Positions 53,516-64,000 of a DNA stretch of 64,000 nucleotides are shown here, in pieces. The DNA is from Azolla caroliniana (lineage: Eukaryota > Plantae > Polypodiophyta). The position numbers were made by a program, and so were the translations under genes. The first letter of the stretch is position 1. Each line of letters begins with the position of its first letter. The notes below the pieces were generated by a model. That model ran no database searches, had not been told where the DNA came from, and worked only from the letters and a program-made list of their open reading frames with translations. The stretch lies in assembly GCA_043228905.1 (NCBI GenBank), contig JBHGNT010000032.1, positions 1-64,000 on the forward strand, written 5' to 3'.

Positions 53516-56500
53516 TTCGTCATGTCTCTCGACCTGAGTTTCAAAATCTTGATTTTTTAATTCCATATCATACCTCACGTAGTTGGCTTCGATTCGCATG
53601 TTTGAACACAAAAATCCGATATCACACGAGCCAGGTATGAACATTTTAATTACTGAAGGGCTCCTCTCAACTCCCTCCTCAAGTTTGCTATTTTCGTCAT
53701 GTCTCTCGACCTGAGTTTCAAAATCTTGATTTTTTAATTCCATATCATACCTCACGTAGTTGGCTTCGATTCGCATGTTTGAACACAAAAATCCGATATC
53801 ACACGAGCCAGGTATGAACATTTTAATTACTTAAGGGCTCCTCTCAACTCCCTCCTCAAGTTTGCTATTTTCGTCATGTCTCTCGACCTGAGTTTCAAAA
53901 TCTTGATTTTTTAATTCCATATCATAGCTCGCGTTGTTGGCTTCAATTCGCATGTTTGAACACAAAAATCCGATATCACACGAGCCAGGTATGAACATTT
54001 TAATTTACTCAAGGGTTGTTCTCAACTCACTCCTCAAATTTGCTATTTTCGTCATGTCTCTCGACCTGAGTTTGAAATTCTTGATTTTTTAATTCCATAT
54101 CATAGCTAGCGTCGTTAGCTTCGATTTGCATGTTTGAACACAAAAATCCGATATCACACGACCCAGGTATGAACATTTTAATCTACTCAAGGGCTCCTCT
54201 CAACTCCCTCCTCAAGTTTGCTATTTTCATCATGTCTCTCGACCTGAGTTTCAAAATCTTGATTCTTTAATTCCATATCATAGCTCGCGTTGTTGGCTTC
54301 GATTTGCATGTTTGAACACAAAAATCCGATATCACACGAGCCAGGTATGAACACTTTAATTTACTCAAGGGCTCCTCTCAACTCCCTCCTCAAGTTTGCT
54401 ATTTTCGTCATGTCTCTCGACCTGAGTTTCAAAATCTTGATTTTTTAATTCCATATCATACCTCACGTAGTTGGCTTCGATTCGCATGTTTGAACACAAA
54501 AATCCGATATGACACGAGCCAGGTATGAATATTTTAATTACTTAAGGGCTCCTCTCAACTCCCTCCTCAAGTTTGCTATTTTCGTCATGTCTCTCGACCT
54601 GAGTTTGAAATTCTTGATTTTTTAATTCCATATCATAGCTAGCGTTGTTAGCTTCGATTTGCATGTTTGAACACAAAAATCCGATATCACACGACCCAGG
54701 TATGAACATTTTAATCTACTCAAGGGCTCCTCTCAACTCCCTCCTCAAGTTTGCTATTTTCTTCATGTCTCTCGACCTGAGTTTCAAAATCTTGATTTTT
54801 TAATTCCATATCATACCTCACGTAGTTGGCTTCGATTCGCATGTTTGAACACAAAAATCCGATATCACACGAGCCAGGTATGAACATTTTAATTTACTCA
54901 AGGGCTCCTCTCAACTCCCTCCTCAAGGTTGCTATTTTCGTCATGTCTCTCGACCTGAGTTTGAAATTCTTGATTTTTTAATTCCATATCATAGCTAGCG
55001 TCGTTAGCTTCGATTTGCATGTTTGAACACAAAAATCCGATATCACACGAGCCAGGTATGAACATTTTAATTTACTCAAGGGCTCCTCTCAACTCCCTCC
55101 TCAAGTTTGCTATTTTCGTGATGTCTCTCGACCTGAGTTTCAAAATCTTGATTTTTTAATTCCATATCATACCTCACGTAGTTGGCTTCGATTCGCATGT
55201 TTGAACACAAAAATCCGATATCACACGAGCCAGGTATGAACATTTTAATTTACTCAAGGGCTCCTCTCAACTCCCTCCTCAAGTTTGCTATTTTCGTCAT
55301 GTCTCTCGACCTGAGTTTCAAAATCTTGATTCTTTAATTCCATATCATAGCTCGCGTTGTTGGCTTCGATTTGCATGTTTGAACACAAAAATCCGATATC
55401 ACACGAGCCAGGTATGAACATTTTAATTTACTCAAGGGCTCCTCTCAACTCCCTCCTCAAGTTTGCTATTTTCGTCATGTCTCTCGACCTGAGTTTCAAA
55501 ATCTTGATTTTTTAATTCCATATCATACCTCACGTAGTTGGCTTCGATTCGCATGTTTGAACACAAAAATCCGATATCACACGAGCCAGGTATGAACATT
55601 TTAATTTACTCAAGGGCTCCTCTCAACTCCCTCCTCAAGTTTGCTATTTTCGTCATGTCTCTCGACCTGAGTTTGAAATTCTTGATTTTTTAATTCCATA
55701 TCATAGCTAGCGTCGTTAGCTTCGATTTGCATGTTTGAACACAAAAATCCGATATCACACGACCCAGGTATGAACATTTTAATCTACTCAAGGGCTCCTC
55801 TCAACTCCCTCCTCAAGTTTGCTATTTTCATCATGTCTCTCGACCTGAGTTTCAAAATCTTGATTCTTTAATTCCATATCATAGCTCGCGTTGTTGGCTT
55901 CGATTTGCATGTTTGAACACAAAAATCCGATATCACACGAGCCAGGTATGAACATTTTGATTTACTCAAGGGCTCCTCTCAACTCCCTCCTCAAGTTTGC
56001 TATTTTCGTCATGTCTCTCGACCTGAGTTTCAAAATCTTGATTTTTTAATTCCATATCATACCTCACGTAGTTGGCTTCGATTCGCATGTTTGAACACAA
56101 AAAGCCGATATCACACGAGCCAGGTATGAACATTTTAATTTACTCAAGGGCTCCTCTCAACTCCCTCCTCAAGTTTGCTATTTTCGTCATGTCTCTCGAC
56201 CTGAGTTTCAAAATCTTGATTTTTTAATTCCATATCATACCTCACGTAGTTGGCTTCGATTCGCATGTTTGAACACAAAAATCCGATATCACACGAGCCA
56301 GGTATGAACATTTTAATTTACTCAAGGGCTGTTCTCAACTCACTCCTCAAATTTGCTATTTTCGTCATGTCTCTCGACCTGAGTTTCAAAATGTTGATTT
56401 TATAATTCCATATCATAGCTCGCGTTGATGGCTTCAATTCGCATGTTTGAACACAAAAATCCGATATCACACGAGCCAGGTATGAACATTTTAATTTACT

Positions 56501-59500
56501 CAAGGGTTGTTCTCAACTCACTCCTCAAATTTGCTATTTTCGTCATGTCTCTCGACCTGAGTTTGAAATTCTTGATTTTTTAATTCCATATCATAGCTAG
56601 CGTCGTTAGCTTCGATTTGCATGTTTGAACACAAAAATCCGATATCACACGACCCAGGTATGAACATTTTAATCTACTCAAGGGCTCCTCTCAACTCCCT
56701 CCTCAAGTTTGCTATTTTCATCATGTCTCTCGACCTGAGTTTCAAAATCTTGATTCTTTAATTCCATATCATAGCTCGCGTTGTTGGCTTCGATTTGCAT
56801 GTTTGAACACAAAAATCCGATATCACACGAGCCAGGTATGAACACTTTAATTTACTCAAGGGCTCCTCTCAACTCCCTCCTCGAGTTTGCTATTTTCGTC
56901 ATGTCTCTCGACCTGAGTTTCAAAATCTTGATTTTTTAATTCCATATCATACCTCACGTAGTTGGCTTCGATTCGCATGTTTGAACACAAAAATCCGATA
57001 TGACACGAGCCAGGTATGAATATTTTAATTACTTAAGGGCTCCTCTCAACTCCCTCCTCAAGTTTGCTATTTTCGTCATGTCTCTCGACCTGAGTTTGAA
57101 ATTCTTGATTTTTTAATTCCATATCATAGCTAGCGTTGTTAGCTTCGATTTGCATGTTTGAACACAAAAATCCGATATCACACGACCCAGGTATGAACAT
57201 TTTAATCTACTCAAGGGCTCCTCTCAACTCCCTCCTCAAGTTTGCTATTTTCTTCATGTCTCTCGACCTGAGTTTCAAAATCTTGATTCTTTAATTCCAT
57301 ATCATAGCTCGCGTTGTTGGCTTCGATTTGCATGTTTGAACACAAAAATCCGATATCACACGAGCCAGGTATGAACACTTTAATTTACTCAAGGGCTCCT
57401 CTCAACTCCCTCCTCAAGTTTGCTATTTTCGTCATGTCTCTCGACCTGAGTTTCAAAATCTTGATTTTTTAATTCCATATCATACCTCACGTAGTTGGCT
57501 TCGATTCGCATGTTTGAACACAAAAATCCGATATGACACGAGCCAGGTATGAATATTTTAATTACTTAAGGGCTCCTCTCAACTCCCTCCTCAAGTTTGC
57601 TATTTTCGTCATGTCTCTCGACCTGAGTTTGAAATTCTTGATTTTTTAATTCCATATCATAGCTAGCGTTGTTAGCTTCGATTTGCATGTTTGAACACAA
57701 AAATCCGATATCACACGACCCAGGTATGAACATTTTAATTTACTCAAGGGCTCCTCTCAACTCCCTCCTCAAGTTTGTTATTTTCGTCATGTCTCTCGAC
57801 CTGAGTTTCAAAATCTTGATTTTTTAATTCCATATCATACCTCACGTAGTTGGCTTCGATTCGCATGTTTGAACACAAAAATCCGATATCACACGAGCCA
57901 GGTATGAACATTTTAATTACTTAAGGGCTCCTCTCAACTCCCTCCTCAAGTTTGCTATTTTCGTCATGTCTCTCGACCTGAGTTTCAAAATCTTGATTTT
58001 TTAATTCCATATCATAGCTAGCGTTGTTGGCTTCGATTTGCATGTTTGAACACAAAAATCCGATATCACACGAGCCAGGTATGAACATTTTAATTTACTC
58101 AAGGGCTCCTCTCAACTCCCTCCTCAAGTTTGCTATTTTCGTCATGTCTCTCGACCTGAGTTTCAAAATCTTGATTCTTTAATTCCATATCATAGCTCGC
58201 GTTGTTGGCTTCGATTTGCATGTTTGAACACAAAAATCCGATATCACACGAGCCAGGTATGAACATTTTAATTTACTCAAGGGCTCCTCTCAACTCCCTC
58301 CTCAAGTTTGCTATTTTCGTCATGTCTCTCGACCTGAGTTTCAAAATCTTGATTTTTTAATTCCATATCATACCTCACGTAGTTGGCTTCGATTCGCATG
58401 TTTGAACACAAAAATCCGATATCACACGAGCCAGGTATGAACATTTTAATTTACTCAAGGGCTCCTCTCAACTCCCTCCTCAAGTTTGCTATTTTCGTCA
58501 TGTCTCTCGACCTGAGTTTGAAATTCTTGATTTTTTAATTCCATATCATAGCTAGCGTCGTTAGCTTCGATTTGCATGTTTGAACACAAAAATCCGATAT
58601 CACACGACCCAGGTATGAACATTTTAATCTACTCAAGGGCTCCTCTCAACTCCCTCCTCAAGTTTGCTATTTTCATCATGTCTCTCGACCTGAGTTTCAA
58701 AATCTTGATTCTTTAATTCCATATCATAGCTCGCGTTGTTGGCTTCGATTTGCATGTTTGAACACAAAAATCCGATATCACACGAGCCAGGTATGAACAT
58801 TTTAATTTACTCAAGGGCTCCTCTCAACTCCCTCCTCAAGTTTGCTATTTTCGTCATGTCTCTCGACCTGAGTTTCAAAATCTTGATTTTTTAATTCCAT
58901 ATCATACCTCACGTAGTTGGCTTCGATTCGCATGTTTGAACACAAAAAGCCGATATCACACGAGCCAGGTATGAACATTTTAATTTACTCAAGGGCTCCT
59001 CTCAACTCCCTCCTCAAGTTTGCTATTTTCGTCATGTCTCTCGACCTGAGTTTCAAAATCTTGATTTTTTAATTCCATATCATACCTCACGTAGTTGGCT
59101 TCGATTCGCATGTTTGAACACAAAAATCCGATATCACACGAGCCAGGTATGAACATTTTAATTTACTCAAGGGCTGTTCTCAACTCACTCCTCAAATTTG
59201 CTATTTTCGTCATGTCTCTCGACCTGAGTTTCAAAATGTTGATTTTATAATTCCATATCATAGCTCGCGTTGATGGCTTCAATTCGCATGTTTGAACACA
59301 AAAAGCCGATATCACACGAGCCAGGTATGAACATTTTAATTTACTCAAGGGCTCCTCTCAACTCCCTCCTCAAGTTTGCTATTTTCGTCATGTCTCTCGA
59401 CCTGAGTTTCAAAATCTTGATTTTTTAATTCCATATCATACCTCACGTAGTTGGCTTCGATTCGCATGTTTGAACACAAAAATCCGATATCACACGAGCC

Positions 59501-62500
59501 AGGTATGAACATTTTAATTTACTCAAGGGCTGTTCTCAACTCACTCCTCAAATTTGCTATTTTCGTCATGTCTCTCGACCTGAGTTTCAAAATGTTGATT
59601 TTATAATTCCATATCATAGCTCGCGTTGATGGCTTCAATTCGCATGTTTGAACACAAAAATCCGATATCACACGAGCCAGGTATGAACATTTTAATTTAC
59701 TCAAGGGTTGTTCTCAACTCACTCCTCAAATTTGCTATTTTTGTCATGTCTCTCGACCTGAGTTTGAAATTCTTGATTTTTTAATTCCATATCATAGCTA
59801 GCGTTGTTAGCTTCGATTTGCATGTTTGAACACAAAAATCCGATATCACACGACCCAGGTATGAACATTTTAATCTACTCAAGGGCTCCTCTCAACTCCC
59901 TCCTCAAGTTTGCTATTTTCTTCATGTCTCTCGACCTGAGTTTCAAAATCTTGATTTTTTAATTCCATATCATACCTCACGTAGTTGGCTTCGATTCGCA
60001 TGTTTGAACACAAAAATCCGATATCACACGAGCCAGGTATGAACATTTTAATTACTGAAGGGCTCCTCTCAACTCCCTCCTCAAGTTTGCTATTTTCGTC
60101 ATGTCTCTCGACCTGAGTTTCAAAATCTTGATTTTTTAATTCCATATCATAGCTAGCGTTGTTGGCTTCGATTTGCATGTTTGAACACAAAAATCCGATA
60201 TCACACGAGCCAGGTATGAACATTTTAATTTACTCAAGGGCTCCTCTCAACTCCCTCCTCAAGTTTGCTATTTTCGTCATGTCTCTCGACCTGAGTTTCA
60301 AAATCTTGATTCTTTAATTCCATATCATAGCTCGCGTTGTTGGCTTCGATTTGCATGTTTGAACACAAAAATCCGATATCACACGAGCCAGGTATGAACA
60401 TTTTAATTTACTCAAGGGCTCCTCTCAACTCCCTCCTCAAGTTTGCTATTTTCGTCATGTCTCTCGACCTGAGTTTCAAAATCTTGATTTTTTAATTCCA
60501 TATCATACCTCACGTAGTTGGCTTCGATTCGCATGTTTGAACACAAAAAGCCGATATCACACGAGCCAGGTATGAACATTTTAATTTACTCAAGGGCTCC
60601 TCTCAACTCCCTCCTCAAGTTTGCTATTTTCGTCATGTCTCTCGACCTGAGTTTCAAAATCTTGATTTTTTAATTCCATATCATACCTCACGTAGTTGGC
60701 TTCGATTCGCATGTTTGAACACAAAAATCCGATATCACACGAGCCAGGTATGAACATTTTAATTTACTCAAGGGCTGTTCTCAACTCACTCCTCAAATTT
60801 GCTATTTTCGTCATGTCTCTCGACCTGAGTTTCAAAATGTTGATTTTATAATTCCATATCATAGCTCGCGTTGATGGCTTCAATTCGCATGTTTGAACAC
60901 AAAAATCCGATATCACACGAGCCAGGTATGAACATTTTAATTTACTCAAGGGTTGTTCTCAACTCACTCCTCAAATTTGCTATTTTTGTCATGTCTCTCG
61001 ACCTGAGTTTGAAATTCTTGATTTTTTAATTCCATATCATAGCTAGCGTTGTTAGCTTCGATTTGCATGTTTGAACACAAAAATCCGATATCACACGACC
61101 CAGGTATGAACATTTTAATCTACTCAAGGGCTCCTCTCAACTCCCTCCTCAAGTTTGCTATTTTCGTCATGTCTCTCGACCTGAGTTTCAAAATCTTGAT
61201 TTTTTAATTCCATATCATACCTCACGTAGTTGGCTTCGATTCGCATGTTTGAACACAAAAATCCGATATGACACGAGCCAGGTATGAATATTTTAATTAC
61301 TTAAGGGCTCCTCTCAACTCCCTCCTCAAGTTTGCTATTTTCGTCATGTCTCTCGACCTGAGTTTGAAATTCTTGATTTTTTAATTCCATATCATAGCTA
61401 GCGTTGTTAGCTTCGATTTGCATGTTTGAACACAAAAATCCGATATCACACGACCCAGGTATGAACATTTTAATCTACTCAAGGGCTCCTCTCAACTCCC
61501 TCCTCAAGTTTGCTATTTTCTTCATGTCTCTCGACCTGAGTTTCAAAATCTTGATTTTTTAATTCCATATCATAGCTAGCGTTTCAAGCTTCGATTTGCA
61601 TGTTTGAACACAAAAATCCGATATCACACGAGCCAGGTATGAACATTTTAATCTACTCAAGGGCTCCTCTCAACTCCCTCCTCAAGTTTGCTATTTTCAT
61701 CATGTCTCTCGACCTGAGTTTCAAAATCTTGATTCTTTAATTCCATATCATAGCTCGCGTTGTTGGCTTCGATTTGCATGTTTGAACACAAAAATCCGAT
61801 ATCACACGAGCCAGGTATGAACACTTTAATTTACTCAAGGGCTCCTCTCAACTCCCTCCTCAAGTTTGCTATTTTCGTCATGTCTCTCGACCTGAGTTTC
61901 AAAATCTTGATTTTTTAATTCCATATCATACCTCACGTAGTTGGCTTCGATTCGCATGTTTGAACACAAAAATCCGATATGACACGAGCCAGGTATGAAT
62001 ATTTTAATTACTTAAGGGCTCCTCTCAACTCCCTCCTCAAGTTTGCTATTTTCGTCATGTCTCTCGACCTGAGTTTGAAATTCTTGATTTTTTAATTCCA
62101 TATCATAGCTAGCGTTGTTAGCTTCGATTTGCATGTTTGAACACAAAAATCCGATATCACACGACCCAGGTATGAACATTTTAATCTACTCAAGGGCTCC
62201 TCTCAACTCCCTCCTCAAGTTTGCTATTTTCTTCATGTCTCTCGACCTGAGTTTCAAAATCTTGATTTTTTAATTCCATATCATAGCTAGCGTTTCAAGC
62301 TTCGATTTGCATGTTTGAACACAAAAATCCGATATCACACGAGCCAGGTATGAACATTTTAATTTACTCAAGGGCTCCTCTCAACTGCCTCCTCAAGTTT
62401 GTTATTTTCGTCATGTCTCTCGACCTGAGTTTCAAAATCTTGATTTTTTAATTCCATATCATACCTCACGTAGTTGGCTTCGATTCGCATGTTTGAACAC

Positions 62501-64000
62501 AAAAATCCGATATCACACGAGCCAGGTATGAACATTTTAATTACTTAAGGGCTCCTCTCAACTCCCTCCTCAAGTTTGCTATTTTCGTCATGTCTCTCGA
62601 CCTGAGTTTCAAAATCTTGATTTTTTAATTCCATATCATAGCTAGCGTTGTTGGCTTCGATTTGCATGTTTGAACACAAAAATCCGATATCACACGAGCC
62701 AGGTATGAACATTTTAATTTACTCAAGGGCTCCTCTCAACTCCCTCCTCAAGTTTGCTATTTTCGTCATGTCTCTCGACCTGAGTTTCAAAATCTTGATT
62801 CTTTAATTCCATATCATAGCTCGCGTTGTTGGCTTCGATTTGCATGTTTGAACACAAAAATCCGATATCACACGAGCCAGGTATGAACATTTTAATTTAC
62901 TCAAGGGCTCCTCTCAACTCCCTCCTCAAGTTTGCTATTTTCGTGATGTCTCTCGACCTGAGTTTCAAAATCTTGATTTTTTAATTCCATATCATACCTC
63001 ACGTAGTTGGCTTCGATTCGCATGTTTGAACACAAAAATCCGATATCACACGAGCCAGGTATGAACATTTTAATTTACTCAAGGGCTCCTCTCAACTCCC
63101 TCCTCAAGTTTGCTATTTTCGTCATGTCTCTCGACCTGAGTTTCAAAATCTTGATTCTTTAATTCCATATCATAGCTCGCGTTGTTGGCTTCGATTTGCA
63201 TGTTTGAACACAAAAATCCGATATCACACGAGCCAGGTATGAACATTTTAATTTACTCAAGGGCTCCTCTCAACTCCCTCCTCAAGTTTGCTATTTTCGT
63301 GATGTCTCTCGACCTGAGTTTCAAAATCTTGATTTTTTAATTCCATATCATACCTCACGTAGTTGGCTTCGATTCGCATGTTTGAACACAAAAATCCGAT
63401 ATCACACGAGCCAGGTATGAACATTTTAATTTACTCAAGGGCTCCTCTCAACTCCCTCCTCAAGGTTGCTATTTTCGTCATGTCTCTCGACCTGAGTTTG
63501 AAATTCTTGATTTTTTAATTCCATATCATAGCTAGCGTCGTTAGCTTCGATTTGCATGTTTGAACACAAAAATCCGATATCACACGACCCAGGTATGAAC
63601 ATTTTAATCTACTCAAGGGCTCCTCTCAACTCCCTCCTCAAGTTTGCTATTTTCATCATGTCTCTCGACCTGAGTTTCAAAATCTTGATTCTTTAATTCC
63701 ATATCATAGCTCGCGTTGTTGGCTTCGATTTGCATGTTTGAACACAAAAATCCGATATCACACGAGCCAGGTATGAACATTTTAATTTACTCAAGGCCTC
63801 CTCTCAACTCCCTCCTCAAGTTTGCTATCTTCGTCATGTCTCTCGACCTGAGTTTCAAAATCTTGATTTTTTAATTCCATATCATACCTCACGTAGTTGG
63901 CTTCGATTCGCATGTTTGAACACAAAAATCCGATATGACACGAGCCAGGTATGAACATTTTAATTACTTAAGGGCTCCTCTCAACTCCCTCCTCAAGTTT

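Larger units (their letters stand above)
4402..64000 (+). repeat. 178-bp tandem satellite array, about 335 head-to-tail monomers, running off the right edge of the window
   Basis: TATCACACG recurs at 4402, 4580 and onward (period 178). Approximate consensus read by eye: TATCACACGAGCCAGGTATGAACATTTTAATTTACTCAAGGGCTCCTCTCAACTCCCTCCTCAAGTTTGCTATTTTCGTCATGTCTCTCGACCTGAGTTTCAAAATCTTGATTTTTTAATTCCATATCATAGCTMGCGTTGTTRGCTTCGATTYGCATGTTTGAACACAAAAATCCGA. A minority of monomers are 177 bp (TTAATTACTTAA variant). I saw no inversion or foreign insertion. Confidence 0.99.

Noticed and set aside
4433-60949. Dozens of near-identical 61-114 aa ORFs (MSKLKCSYLARV..., MFIPGSCDIG..., MLASIRMF...) that could look like a tandem micro-protein family
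   Set aside because: They span about one to two satellite monomers and appear only where a variant removes a stop (e.g. TTTTTTAA>TTTTATAA). Most use a TTG start. A 178-bp period is not divisible by 3, and there is no recognisable domain or gene context.
4402-64000. Identity with Arabidopsis thaliana CEN178/CEN180 because of the 178-bp length and TTTAGGG telomere
   Set aside because: The monomer does not resemble the CEN178 sequence as I recall it. Length alone is shared by many unrelated satellites. A BLAST search would settle it.
4402-64000. CRISPR-like array or diversity-generating cassette system (conserved segments alternating with variable ones)
   Set aside because: The variable segments are a few alleles of one homologous sequence, not unique spacers. 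There are no cas or RT genes, and the context is a eukaryotic chromosome end.
4402-64000. 5S rDNA, tRNA/snRNA tandem array, or telomere-specific retrotransposon array
   Set aside because: I could not recognise any 5S or tRNA sequence, internal A/B/C boxes, poly(A) tails, LTRs or long ORFs.

Overview
This window is the left end of a eukaryotic chromosome scaffold, most likely from a plant (or another TTTAGGG lineage), and contains no credible genes. It has three parts. (1) Bases 1-25 are a degenerate copy of the SMART/PacBio amplification adapter (AAGCAGTGGTATCAACGCAGAGTACT), a library artefact. (2) Bases 26-4403 are a ~4.4 kb Arabidopsis-type (CCCTAAA)n telomere with two patches of variant repeats. 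(3) Bases 4402-64000 are an uninterrupted head-to-tail array of about 335 copies of a very homogeneous 178-bp satellite. The most notable point is the architecture. Perfect telomere repeats join an internal position of a satellite monomer through a 2-bp TA overlap, with no degenerate transition zone or unique subtelomere. The array behind the junction shows young, nested higher-order duplications (2-, 4-, 7-, 13-, 14-, 21- and 22-mers), a likely short conversion tract and one 66-bp deletion. This fits either a telomere-healed break in a centromere-like array (telocentric end) or a homogenised subtelomeric satellite; the sequence alone cannot separate the two. All ORFs in the track are by-products of the repeat. 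I could not assign the satellite to a named family or species.
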